Below are positions 7,901-16,985 of a DNA stretch of 45,963 nt, in pieces. The first letter of the stretch is position 1. Each line of letters begins with the position of its first letter. The notes under the pieces are model-generated. The model did not search any database. It saw only the letters and a program-made list of their open reading frames with translations, and had not been told where the DNA came from. This DNA is from an uncultured Azospirillum sp. (lineage in GTDB: Bacteria > Pseudomonadota > Alphaproteobacteria > RF32 > CAG-239). Location: positions 1-45,963 of the forward strand of contig CAMOQT010000001.1 of assembly GCA_946623145.1 (NCBI GenBank). The letters run 5' to 3'. The position numbers and the translations under genes are program-made.

Positions 7901-9591
7901 GCTTTATTGTTCGTCCGCTCTTTTCCGTCACTCAAAATATCAATTAATTTTGAGGCAACATTCAGGGCTAACTCATTTGTATTAAAGGCCTCAAGACTTT
8001 TAGCTATGCTGTCATATTTTCCTTCTATATATTGGTTATAATAGGACTGTGTATCTTTCCATACCGGATAGAGTACTTTTGCTTTACCCCAAGAACCGTC
8101 TTTGCCGTTTTTCAATTGATCTTCTGCCAACATTTTTGCAGCTTCTGCCCCTATATTCCAAGGAATACGACGGCTTTCTTTTAGCTCGGCATTAACCTGT
8201 TTTTCCTTATTTGCATCTTTAAATCCTGAACTGCTTGGTTGAACATCTTTTCCAATACTTTCTTCCAATTTTGTTAAATCGTTAGGATCAGCTGATTCGT
8301 CATAATCTGCCTCTTCAAAATCCTCAGCTGAAGCTACTGTTCCTGTATCTTCTGCTTTTGCTAAAATCAATGCTTTTACAGCCCATCCGGAAATACCTTT
8401 ACGCAAATCATAATTTGTAATGTTATTTTCGCTCAAATTACCATTCCACATTTTTGCCGGGTTTTCATACATCTCCCCGTAATATCTGATAGCACATTGT
8501 TCTGTTCTTTTAATAGCATCTATTGCGGCTTGATGTATTTTTATGTTTTTCTGATAGTTTTTATATATTGCTTTATAAGAAGGTAAATTCAAAGCATAGT
8601 TATGCATTTCAACTGCTTCTTTTAGATAATTATTGGCTTCTGTTATTTTTGCCAACAAAGCAAGATTTTCTCGGTTATCAGCATACGGGTCTTTCAAATC
8701 TGCCGGTGTTTCAACAAATTTAAGGCGATTTCCATAATCTAACTCTTCTTCATCATCTGTGACCTCAGCAAAAGAAATTGTGCTTTTATTATTGAAAGAA
8801 GCAGCTAACTTGATGTTATCTTCCATAAAATAGTCGTTCATTGCCTTTTTGTCTTTTGATACCGGATGAGATGGCGTTACAGACTCAGAACCTATCGCCT
8901 GAGCTGCAATATATTGTAACCGCAAGGCTTCCAACTCTTGGATCAGTTTAAGAACTGATGATAGTGTCTGATAAGTATTATATGAGTTTGTCCATGCTGT
9001 TAAAGCATCTTCATTGTTTTCTTGGGTCTTTTCATCAATATCTTTAACTGCTTGTTCCAACTTTTCTAAGTCTGCTTCCATTTGTCTTGCCAATGTATAG
9101 ATTTCAATAACCTTATCTTGATGGAATTCTTTGGCTTTATCTTGATATCCTCTACAAATATTAACATTTTCAGGTTTGCTCTTATCTTGGCAGTCAACAG
9201 GATATTGGAAGAATAATTTATACATTGCTTCTTGAACAGAAATTGGATCTGTATCTTTAGCTATTTTTGATTTTTTCAACTCTTTAACACCGGCTAAAGC
9301 TTTTTTTCTGGCATTTTTATAAATACCGCCAACAAAGGCTTTTGCTTTATCCATATATGAATCAAACATTGCCTTTGCTTGTTGGTTTATTTGTTGCATA
9401 TAAGCCGTCATCTGTGCTTGAATATTTTGGGCTTGGGTTTGAACCGCGGATAAAACTTCCTGAACATCTGTTCCGGCATCAATATCCGGACATGGCGGCA
9501 ACACCGGACATGGCGGCAAGAAAGCTTTCACCGGACCGGATAAAAAGCATACTGTAAGAATAGCAAGCAGATATATCTTTAATTTTCTCAT
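4909..9591 (-). CDS. Giant (1560 aa) secreted coiled-coil / Ser-Thr-rich protein, function unknown, in the VirB5/VirB6 slot
   Basis: Uninterrupted ORF with an AGGAGG RBS upstream. The signal peptide is MRKLKIYLLAILTVCFLSGPVKA, followed by FLPPCPVLPPCPD. Long heptad-like Q/K/E-rich stretches and a central T/S/N-rich low-complexity block are present. No hydrophobic helix occurs after the signal peptide. Confidence 0.75.
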   Translation of the reverse strand: MRKLKIYLLAILTVCFLSGPVKAFLPPCPVLPPCPDIDAGTDVQEVLSAVQTQAQNIQAQMTAYMQQINQQAKAMFDSYMDKAKAFVGGIYKNARKKALAGVKELKKSKIAKDTDPISVQEAMYKLFFQYPVDCQDKSKPENVNICRGYQDKAKEFHQDKVIEIYTLARQMEADLEKLEQAVKDIDEKTQENNEDALTAWTNSYNTYQTLSSVLKLIQELEALRLQYIAAQAIGSESVTPSHPVSKDKKAMNDYFMEDNIKLAASFNNKSTISFAEVTDDEEELDYGNRLKFVETPADLKDPYADNRENLALLAKITEANNYLKEAVEMHNYALNLPSYKAIYKNYQKNIKIHQAAIDAIKRTEQCAIRYYGEMYENPAKMWNGNLSENNITNYDLRKGISGWAVKALILAKAEDTGTVASAEDFEEADYDESADPNDLTKLEESIGKDVQPSSSGFKDANKEKQVNAELKESRRIPWNIGAEAAKMLAEDQLKNGKDGSWGKAKVLYPVWKDTQSYYNQYIEGKYDSIAKSLEAFNTNELALNVASKLIDILSDGKERTNNKAGLTELKNKLKQDREEAVSEVDALIAEKKQKITSIYNAKETKMKKLEQEEKALINQINQKQANVDKETLILQNLKDEKIKAEQEVSANERLVETIYEHELQVPNTKVFETTTEEYKKDLNAGFTGKQSYNIYQGFYKDHNLVASAQIEKATLQKSLISDTKEIKEASEKVSEKVADTKDKTISAKEAETKTLKTSVQALSQNKLEDKDLTLQKEPALEIADEEVADVTAKNITASGVKQIIKTENPVSVNTTSVAKTASSTNTKAGTSNATTTQTVTNVTKQSDNTGYRTSPKVSITTEPQTSLTKTISMSEMIDGKEKESNVMPQDIRTYNKVIVTEKEVEEEEPDRLLLAKENLAKAREDVLRLTTEVPAQEQKVENLKAKLQEDKDKLELIKAQKENVNKNYVNETREATILYDTRIAKAEKDYATALAKYNNVDLAQYYKSNFKIPTVDDNGEKYLFTLPEILADANMLVNDTKGAAREVINETVQRINDINEQMYKREIRPQQEGNTPGHIEMVTAEHAQLIEHLKNLNDQDLVSFSEGIQKYSSYSGIMSLLKNIYKAYITNDACQQDVCKVPDKECFVSNNGKRRDFLAPAIVPDSPLPSVRDVVYFDYSDYDSIPQGDNGLITKEGLLENMTYIPDIWKKILSSPAYIEKDIDLSAVIKPSEAKLANAGKYPCWYDEGKNYLVTSYDEGNHKSGYVIYYKPESIMVGLFAQEDTESIKRRKELLEKNYQQCSGFVLTVSHNNATVYNPANDIRGSGKLKPFSSFKPAETESELGYLFEYNNGLKFNAFAKNVFQALSKANKGQNAEGKIEDILDSEISMEKTQLGEFLKAVDYEQESLQNLEESKVSLDETKEELKELFSRLKFSMASDFDLTRDSDYNAARSSLLNYRNEMLKKAQNSVSALQGNDNEVIKERMDRINNLIGVLQKDSEALVSIGDDTENNSKLDEEIKAQRANKEVTARLEQEEEKSFEQQLKFIEDPYCGQLEDNL

Positions 9592-9609
9592 CTCTTTGTC
9601 CTCCTTGCC

Positions 9610-11094
9610 TTATAGTCCGATGCCTGTTGAGCCGCTTATCTTTCCGGTTATACTACCGGCTTTATTTATAGCGTTGCTGACGTTACCTAAACCACTTGAT
9701 CCTGTTACGCTACTGGCTTTTTCTGCCAAACCACCTATTTTTCCTAATAAATCATTGGCTTTTCCGGCTTTTTCTTTGAGACTGCTTAAGAAGCTTTGTT
9801 TTTCAAATTTATAATCGTCAAGACTAAAGACCAAAACATCTTTATCATAATTGTTCAATCTTCTATTGAGATAAACCATATCTTTAGCTGTCTCCATCTT
9901 TAATTCTATCAGCATTAATCTTGCAAATTTAAGAAGTTGGTTCATTTGTTCAACCTTAATCTTCATATCTAATTGTAGCATACCTTGTTCTGTCTCTGCT
10001 GTTGAGGCTTTTTCCTCAAATTCCTTTATTGTATCTTGTAATGTATCATCTTCACTCAAGACACTAATAGCTGTTGCATAAACATCTGCGGTATCTTCTA
10101 TGGCCATTTGGCGGCGGTAGCGAATAATTTCACCATTACGCTTACTCGACTCTTCTTCATTTTTCTCATAGAAATTATTTTTGATAATCGCGTTCATAGA
10201 TTCACCCGGATCATCAGTAATACCTTTCAAGCTCAAACTACTCTTTAGATTTATCCCCTGAGTTAAATTAGATAAATTAGCCATTTGAGTCATATTCTGT
10301 ACTAAAGATTCGGCTTTTGCTGCTGCAGATTTAATGCCATCAATACTTTTGCTTATTTCTTTCATTGTCTTTTCGGCATCTTCCTGCGTTTTAGCTCTTT
10401 CGGCAGCAGATTTATCTGAAATTTCTTTTATTTTTGCATTATTTTTATCAATAGCTTCCTGATACTTTTTCTTTTCCTCATCCGTTTCAGCTTTTGCTTT
10501 GCTTTCTTCTAATACTTTATTATTATCCTTGTATTTCTGGATTTCAGCATTTTTCTTATCTTCAATATCTTGCAATGCTTGTTGCAATTTTTCTTTAGCA
10601 AAACCTAAGTTAATCTCAAGATTTCGCATTTCTTGTGCTTGTTCCAGAGCTTTACTTGCTGTTTCAGTATATTCGCTACTAACCCCCATAGCTGACGCGG
10701 CATTTCCAGCTGCGGATGTAGCATTTTGAGCAGCTGAAGCCATATTCTGTGCCGCACCCATTGCTCCGTTAATATCCCCGCTGGCGGCGGCATTAGCAAA
10801 ATTTTTAGCAGAATCCACGGCTCCTTTTGCTGCATTTACAGCATTTTTAGCAGCATCAACTTTTCCCTTAACATCAGCTATAAGCCCTTTTGCTTCACCT
10901 GCTAATCGCGTTAACATTGTTACTTGGTTTTGAACATATCGCTGAACATCGGAAATTTTGGTTTGGACACGTCCGACAATTTCCGTAATACTTGTTCCCA
11001 TACTTCCGAAGTCAAACTTAACCTGAGCTTTTGCAGGAACAGAGCAAAAACTACATAAAATAAAGCAAATAACCGCTATTCTTATTTTACTCAT
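9610..11094 (-). CDS. Secreted Ala-rich coiled-coil protein (494 aa from the preferred start), function unknown
   Basis: I prefer the ATG at 11094 (MSKIRIAVICFILCSFCSVPAKA signal peptide). It overlaps the upstream stop as AATGAGTAA. The track start at 11127 adds 11 residues. After the signal comes QVKFDFGSMGTSITEIVGRVQTKISDVQRYVQNQ. An AAKNAVNAAKGAVDSAK alanine-rich region and a Gly/Ser-rich C-terminus follow. Confidence 0.7.
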   Translation of the reverse strand: MSKIRIAVICFILCSFCSVPAKAQVKFDFGSMGTSITEIVGRVQTKISDVQRYVQNQVTMLTRLAGEAKGLIADVKGKVDAAKNAVNAAKGAVDSAKNFANAAASGDINGAMGAAQNMASAAQNATSAAGNAASAMGVSSEYTETASKALEQAQEMRNLEINLGFAKEKLQQALQDIEDKKNAEIQKYKDNNKVLEESKAKAETDEEKKKYQEAIDKNNAKIKEISDKSAAERAKTQEDAEKTMKEISKSIDGIKSAAAKAESLVQNMTQMANLSNLTQGINLKSSLSLKGITDDPGESMNAIIKNNFYEKNEEESSKRNGEIIRYRRQMAIEDTADVYATAISVLSEDDTLQDTIKEFEEKASTAETEQGMLQLDMKIKVEQMNQLLKFARLMLIELKMETAKDMVYLNRRLNNYDKDVLVFSLDDYKFEKQSFLSSLKEKAGKANDLLGKIGGLAEKASSVTGSSGLGNVSNAINKAGSITGKISGSTGIGL

Positions 11095-11785
11095 TTTTCT
11101 GTTCCTCCTCAGATTTAACGGCTTCACGTTGAAGACCCGTTATGTTTTGAGTGTATTGATATGTTTGTAATGCGCTTTCCATCAGATAGATTTCAGACAT
11201 ACGCCCAACAATATCAAGCGCCATTATGTTTACTTCTCTTTGGACAGCCGCTTGATCATTCATATCTACATCCTGCGGTGTCGGTTCTTCCGTTAAAAGT
11301 GCTTTTTTAGAATGACCTATGGCATAAAGTGTTGAAACGGCATCTTGCATTAATTCTCTTTTAATTTGCTCGATATTTTCATATTGTTCGTCATCATTAC
11401 CTTCTTCGACAGGCGGATTATATTTTTCACCAACAGCATCTGCGACTTTATCTTGATCGTCAGCTTTAATCGGATTTGGTATGCCATCTGGTATTTTTGA
11501 TAAATTTTTCAATGCTTTCAAATCACCACCTGCTGCGGCCGCTAAACTCCCTTTAGCCTTATCTACAGCGCCCATTGCCTGACTCTTAAAGTTTTCAGCG
11601 CGCTCTTTGGCTTCCATTATTTTAGTTTTTATTTCATTGACTTTTTCTTGATAAAGTTTGGCTTTTTCTTGAATTTTCGTTATCATATTTTGAATTTTTT
11701 GCGGAAATTCTTTATCTGCACGTGCCGGAGAAGGAAAAATCATCATCAATGCAAAAAGTGCTATTATAATTTTTTTAGACATCAT
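11087..11785 (-). CDS. Secreted helical protein, 232 aa, VirB5/TrbJ-like by size, position and predicted helicity (weak)
   Basis: The signal peptide is MMSKKIIIALFALMMIFPSPARA, with an AAGGAGAAG RBS upstream. It is helix-prone throughout and has the size of VirB5/TrbJ proteins. It shares the motif pattern IYA[IT] ... E[IL]..[ML]E with its three neighbours. Confidence 0.55.
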   Translation of the reverse strand: MMSKKIIIALFALMMIFPSPARADKEFPQKIQNMITKIQEKAKLYQEKVNEIKTKIMEAKERAENFKSQAMGAVDKAKGSLAAAAGGDLKALKNLSKIPDGIPNPIKADDQDKVADAVGEKYNPPVEEGNDDEQYENIEQIKRELMQDAVSTLYAIGHSKKALLTEEPTPQDVDMNDQAAVQREVNIMALDIVGRMSEIYLMESALQTYQYTQNITGLQREAVKSEEEQKNE

Positions 11786-11793
11786 TCTTCTCC

Positions 11794-14481
11794 TTATTTT
11801 CCGACCGGCATTAATTTCGTCAGCGTTGTCAAACCATTGTATGCAATACGGCTGGCATATCCTTTAATAATGTCATCCAAAACAAAAATCATTTCTTTAT
11901 TACCTTTTACTAAGGCTTCTTTTCCTTTATGTGCATCACTTGCATCTTGAGCTGCTTCTTTTGTTTGTTTCATGATTCCTTGCTCATATTCTGCACTTTT
12001 TACCTTTTGGAAAAAGCCTGTTGCTAATATATTAATCATATTAGAATACTGTATTTGATCAATAAAAGCACGGCTGGTTAACTCTGTTTCTTTGTTATAT
12101 TGCTCTTGGAAAACTTTTTGATAACAAGTTTTAATAACCGAAGGATCGCTTCCTACTGTATACTCGCATTTCCGAGCTAAATTTTCAGGCATAATCGGAA
12201 AATTAATAGCTACTTCCGCATCTGCGTGAGCTACCTGATAATCATATTCTTTATCTGAATCATTATCTAAGCCGATGTCTGTTTCCGGATCCAAAATTTC
12301 TTTTGTGGCGGTATCTATCGCACCCATTCCCGCTGTTATTAAAGATGTTGCATAGATATTTCGAACACGATTCATTAAATAAACCAATTGGACATTAGCT
12401 ATTGCTATATTAGATATTCCGCTGTTATTATCTTCAACATTTTTTACCGTATCATATAACTTTGATAAAACATCTTCTTTGTATGATGCGGAAATGGTTT
12501 TATCTAAAAGGGCTTCAACATTTGCATTTTCTGCTTGTTCCATTTGCATATCTGCAATGATACCTGCAGTCTCTTTTCTAACAGTTTCATCTTCTGAGGT
12601 TAAATCCGTTGATAATTTTTTGATAGCATCCGGAATAACATTCATATCTTTTAAATCTTCTGGCTTAAGGCAAAATGTTTGAGCAAATAATTTAGACATT
12701 ATCAACATATCTGTTACTTGACCATTAGCCTCTACAACCATTTTATAATCAAAATCGCTGCAGTCTGACGCTTCTGTTGCAAATTTCAAAGTATCCGCAT
12801 GGCTTACTTTTATGCTATTTTGCCTGGCAAACTCTCCGTCATCCAACCACAAACTGCTATTCTTTTGCAAGGTCTTTGCCGGAGTAATCTTTGCAGGTTC
12901 CTTGCTCGAAGTAGCGGCCGGAGCTTTATCGGTTTTGCTCGGAGATATAGTAAAGGCTTTGCGTCCTCCTGTTGTTTTTTTTGCTGTCGGCTCATAAATC
13001 TTGCTATTTGAGTTAACAACTTTAGCTGTATCCATATCCGCAATAGCACCTAATGTCTTAGTATCGCCTTTACGAATTGCTTCAGTCATTGTCTGCTTTA
13101 AGGTTCTTAATGCCGCAAAGCTTCCTTCTTCGTTAGCGACATCTTCTATTTCCTTAATATTTTCTTCAGCCTCTGATAAATCTTCATCTTCAACAGTTCC
13201 TTCCGATGGAATTATCGGAGCAGATATTTCAGCTGGTGCAGCTGTCGGTGCTGCTATTTCTGTCGGTGCTGCCATTGTTGCAGATGCAGATGCCGTTGGG
13301 GATGTAAAAATCGTCTTCGGAGTTGATTTTAGCACTTTTGTTGTTGCTGCAGAAGTCGTTTGGGTTTTGCTTTGTCCTTTTGTTGCTCCTGACGTTTTAA
13401 CCGTACTTTTTGTTGCCGGTGCTACCGTCTTACTTAGTGATTTTTCACCGCTTAAGGTCGGATTAGCAATTTTTTCAGCTGAACTTAAAGCTTCATTATC
13501 ACTATGATTACCCGTTCCAGATCTTGCATAAAAACTCATGACAGGTCCTGTGATTTCTACGTCATCCTCATAATCGTCAGACGCCGCTAAGTCATCACTT
13601 GTTCCTTGAGTAAATCCAACTCTTCCCTTTGTTCCGGATGCAGATAGAGAAGTACTTCCACTCATTGGAGTTAAGGCCGTTGATCCGGATTGATTAAAGA
13701 TTGTTGTCTGTGTTGAACGTGGTTCTGTCGACAAAGCTTTTGTTCCTGTTTGTAAAGACTTTGTTGAGACGCTTGAACTTTGATTTGTATATTCACCGCC
13801 ACTTACTGCTGATGATCCTTTTGATGCAGATGTTGCTCCGCTTAAAGCAGATGTTGCACCACCTAAGGCAGATGTTGCACTACTAACTTTATTTTGGATG
13901 CCAGTTGCCATATTTTGAACAGCATTTATTTTTGAAGTTGCCTGATCTTTAATGGCATTAACTTTATCTTTTGCCTCATTAACTTTGTCTTTTATTTCAT
14001 TGACTTTATTTTTAGCCTCATTGACCTTGTCTTTTACTTCATTGACTTTATTTTTAGCGTCATTAACGGCTTTCTTTGCTTTATCAGCTTGCTCTTTAAT
14101 CTTTTGCTGATAAGCTTCTAATTTTGCTTTTTGCTCTTCATATTTCTTCTTTAACTCTTTAACTTTCTCAAGTTTCTTTTTGGCTTCTTCCTGTATTTTC
14201 TTAATTTTTTCTGCTTTCTTTTTCAGTTCTTCCGCTTTGCTTTGCGCCATCGCCGCCATACTTTTGGCTTTACCTATGGCATTATTGATTTGGGTTACTG
14301 CTTTACATTGCGTTACCATTTTAACTTTTTGCTGAACCTGCGTTACACCGGATTGCACCTTTTTTGCAATATTTCCAAAATCTACGGTTGGAAACGCATC
14401 AGCGGTAGGAACAAGGGCTATCGAGCTTAATAAACATACTAAGCCAAATATAGTTGTCTTGACATAATTGTTTAAATGCAT
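11794..14481 (-). CDS. Secreted 895-aa coiled-coil / low-complexity protein with a TrbJ/VirB5-like N-terminal motif
   Basis: An AAGGAGGG RBS lies upstream. The signal peptide is ...IFGLVCLLSSIALVPTADA, followed by FPTVDFGNIAKKVQSGVTQVQQKV. This resembles the [IV]P[VI][IV]D..N...Q......QQ start of TrbJ/VirB5 as I recall it. Heptad repeats (DKVNEAK-type, about 6 copies), a long S/T/A/P-rich spacer and a structured-looking C-terminal third follow. Confidence 0.7.
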   Translation of the reverse strand: MHLNNYVKTTIFGLVCLLSSIALVPTADAFPTVDFGNIAKKVQSGVTQVQQKVKMVTQCKAVTQINNAIGKAKSMAAMAQSKAEELKKKAEKIKKIQEEAKKKLEKVKELKKKYEEQKAKLEAYQQKIKEQADKAKKAVNDAKNKVNEVKDKVNEAKNKVNEIKDKVNEAKDKVNAIKDQATSKINAVQNMATGIQNKVSSATSALGGATSALSGATSASKGSSAVSGGEYTNQSSSVSTKSLQTGTKALSTEPRSTQTTIFNQSGSTALTPMSGSTSLSASGTKGRVGFTQGTSDDLAASDDYEDDVEITGPVMSFYARSGTGNHSDNEALSSAEKIANPTLSGEKSLSKTVAPATKSTVKTSGATKGQSKTQTTSAATTKVLKSTPKTIFTSPTASASATMAAPTEIAAPTAAPAEISAPIIPSEGTVEDEDLSEAEENIKEIEDVANEEGSFAALRTLKQTMTEAIRKGDTKTLGAIADMDTAKVVNSNSKIYEPTAKKTTGGRKAFTISPSKTDKAPAATSSKEPAKITPAKTLQKNSSLWLDDGEFARQNSIKVSHADTLKFATEASDCSDFDYKMVVEANGQVTDMLIMSKLFAQTFCLKPEDLKDMNVIPDAIKKLSTDLTSEDETVRKETAGIIADMQMEQAENANVEALLDKTISASYKEDVLSKLYDTVKNVEDNNSGISNIAIANVQLVYLMNRVRNIYATSLITAGMGAIDTATKEILDPETDIGLDNDSDKEYDYQVAHADAEVAINFPIMPENLARKCEYTVGSDPSVIKTCYQKVFQEQYNKETELTSRAFIDQIQYSNMINILATGFFQKVKSAEYEQGIMKQTKEAAQDASDAHKGKEALVKGNKEMIFVLDDIIKGYASRIAYNGLTTLTKLMPVGK

Positions 14482-14560
14482 AATACCCTCCTTTAAGAAA
14501 GAAGCTTTTATTTTTTATAATAGCAAAATTTATTGCTTTTAGAAACAAAATTTCGCCAAA

Positions 14561-16942
14561 TCACGCAATATTTAAATATTTTGTAACAAAGTTAGCTTCT
14601 CCATACTCCTTGATTAAATCTTGTACTAATAATACATTCTTACGGCTCGAGTTATACAACCGCAAATATGGTCCTAAACCGCTTAAATCAACGTCTAGAA
14701 TCACAGACTCTCCTGTTGCCGGACGAGACAACAGAATCGCATAAGGAAAATCTCGATATGATTTACCAAAGATGAAATCTATCTCTCTTTGTGTCAGATT
14801 CCAGTTTGCATAGTCTTCCGGCATTGCTTGCGGATTCCGGAAGAAAATAATAGTTTGACATTGACCACGAATAACTTCACCAACACCCAGTTTATCAATA
14901 ATATTTGGCTGTTGAAATGCACATAAATAAGCTTGGCGTTTTTTACGACCTTCTTGCAAACCAATCATAAAATAGTCTCTAAACATCGGGTGTTTTAACA
15001 TCGGCGCCGTTTCATCGATCATAATTAATGACGGAACACCTGTATCACCGACCTCAGATTGAATACGATGCATAATATAGCTAATAACGGCCGGAGCTAA
15101 TGTTTCATCCTCAAAAATATGTGTAAAGTCAAAAGCCATAAACCGTTTTGAACTCAAATCCAAGCTATCATTTTCCGCATTGAAAATATTACCATATTGA
15201 TCCGGATTTATCCAACGGAATAATTCTCGACGCATATTTCCTGTCGGAGAAAAACAGCTCTTGTAAAGGTTTCTCAAAATTCTCTCTTCAGGTTTCAGAT
15301 AATCAAATGCCGTTGTTACCGCTCGACCGATTTCTCTTTCTGAGAGAGCATCATCAACCATAGTAATAGCTTTCAACCACCGACGTAAGAATGCTCTGTT
15401 GTTTGGATTATTAGCGCAATCGAATGGGTTAAGAGAGACATTTTTCTCATCTCCATCAAATCCGACATATGCCCCTTGAATGGCTCGTGTAAAGATTTCT
15501 GCACCACGGTGGCGGTCAAAGAAAAATACCTTTAAATCATGGTGACGCATTGCCTGACCTGCCAGAAAAGTCAGTAAAGTTGTTTTACCTTGTCCAGTCG
15601 GACCAATAATACAACAGTGAGCCACCGCAGCATCTTCGCTTGAAACATGGAATTGGAATCGATATGCTGATCCAGCAGTAGTTCTGAAAATTGAAATAGC
15701 TCCCGGACCCCAGTCACTCTTGCTAAAGCCTTCTGCCGGTTTGTCGAAGCAAACAGCCATAGCAACAACTCTCGACAAGTAGCGATATGTTCTCGGATAG
15801 ACATCATAGGTTGGGAATTGGTTAAAGAATGCCGCTTGGGCAACCCAACCTTCTCGTACAGGTGTTACACTAAACAAACGGCAAATACGTTGTACTTCAC
15901 TTTCACCAAAAGTAATATCTTCCATATTGTCGCCGCGGATAATAATATCCATAGAATATTCCGTTAAAGCTTGATAATCGGCATCACTATCTTCAATTGC
16001 GGATAAAGCTTCACCATATTGAGCAACAACATCTGCAGAAAAGCTTGTTGCTGTGGCCATTCTTTGTTGTTGCATCAGTAAAGCTCTCGCTTTAGGCTTA
16101 AACATCGGTTTAATGTTATGCAACATCGTTAATTCACAATTAATTGACAGCAAACTTGCTATCATATTTTCATCCATATAATCTCCTGGAGTACGAATAC
16201 CCATAACAACTTCATATTTTTCTTTATTGCCGGAGAAAAACTTGATAACACCTTCTTCTTCAGTGAAATGGATATGGTCGGCCGTCAGCATTTCGTTTAA
16301 CATAGAACCTTCTGCGTTACCAACCTTGGGTTCAGGTTTACTTATCGGACTGCAAATGCGGCTAAATACTGAAAAAGGACTTTCCGATGCCGGACTATCT
16401 TCTGTTTCAAACATCGGTTTGACACCATAATCATTTAATGTCGCCAATAATGATTGAGATGTATAATTTAAATCTTTTAAGGCATCGTTTCGATCAGGTA
16501 CGGATAATATAATATAATGAGTGTTACTAAAGACCTGATCCAATGTATTGTGCCACGTTTCAGAAACTTGACTTAGAATTTTGTTACCAAAATCTCCTTC
16601 ATCTTCTTCCATTTCTATTTTATCACGGATTGTTAAAACCCGACAAGTGACCTGAAGTTCGCCCATACTGTCAATCCATAGTTTTCGGGCTTCCATCATA
16701 GACTCTACTTTTTCTTCAGTAACGAAACTTAAATCTACGCCTTCGACTTTAAAAACTCTGGCAAAAGAGCCGTTATAGCAACGTATAGTTATGCCATCAG
16801 CCATTAATTTACTAAAAGGAAGAAAATCGGATACTCTGGACTCTCGCGGTTGAGGTAAAATATATTGACCGAATCTTGTTACCCAAACACCAGCAAACGC
16901 AGCTGCTGAAATAAAACCAACAACTGCCACTAAAACTTCCAT
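14561..16942 (-). CDS. virB4: VirB4/TrbE-family T4SS ATPase
   Basis: Walker A is IIGPTGQGKTTLLTFL and Walker B is PSLIMIDETAPML. Length is about 793 aa. The N-terminal pattern FLPFSKLMADGITIRCYNGSFARVFKVEGVDL is typical of VirB4. I prefer the ATG at 16942, which has AAGG 10 nt upstream and lies downstream of the virB3 stop. The track start at 17050 would overlap virB3 by 65 nt. Confidence 0.9.
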   Translation of the reverse strand: MEVLVAVVGFISAAAFAGVWVTRFGQYILPQPRESRVSDFLPFSKLMADGITIRCYNGSFARVFKVEGVDLSFVTEEKVESMMEARKLWIDSMGELQVTCRVLTIRDKIEMEEDEGDFGNKILSQVSETWHNTLDQVFSNTHYIILSVPDRNDALKDLNYTSQSLLATLNDYGVKPMFETEDSPASESPFSVFSRICSPISKPEPKVGNAEGSMLNEMLTADHIHFTEEEGVIKFFSGNKEKYEVVMGIRTPGDYMDENMIASLLSINCELTMLHNIKPMFKPKARALLMQQQRMATATSFSADVVAQYGEALSAIEDSDADYQALTEYSMDIIIRGDNMEDITFGESEVQRICRLFSVTPVREGWVAQAAFFNQFPTYDVYPRTYRYLSRVVAMAVCFDKPAEGFSKSDWGPGAISIFRTTAGSAYRFQFHVSSEDAAVAHCCIIGPTGQGKTTLLTFLAGQAMRHHDLKVFFFDRHRGAEIFTRAIQGAYVGFDGDEKNVSLNPFDCANNPNNRAFLRRWLKAITMVDDALSEREIGRAVTTAFDYLKPEERILRNLYKSCFSPTGNMRRELFRWINPDQYGNIFNAENDSLDLSSKRFMAFDFTHIFEDETLAPAVISYIMHRIQSEVGDTGVPSLIMIDETAPMLKHPMFRDYFMIGLQEGRKKRQAYLCAFQQPNIIDKLGVGEVIRGQCQTIIFFRNPQAMPEDYANWNLTQREIDFIFGKSYRDFPYAILLSRPATGESVILDVDLSGLGPYLRLYNSSRKNVLLVQDLIKEYGEANFVTKYLNIA

Positions 16943-16985
16943 ATTGCTTAAACCTTGAACAAATATGGAAAAGAAGTCAAATTCC

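Noticed and set aside
4909-14481. Looked for VirB6/TrbL (polytopic membrane) and VirB2/TrbC (small two-TM pilin) among or between the four large genes
   Set aside because: No hydrophobic helices occur beyond the signal peptides in any of the four proteins. The intergenic gaps are too short (8-79 nt) to hide a gene. I therefore did not call VirB6 or VirB2.
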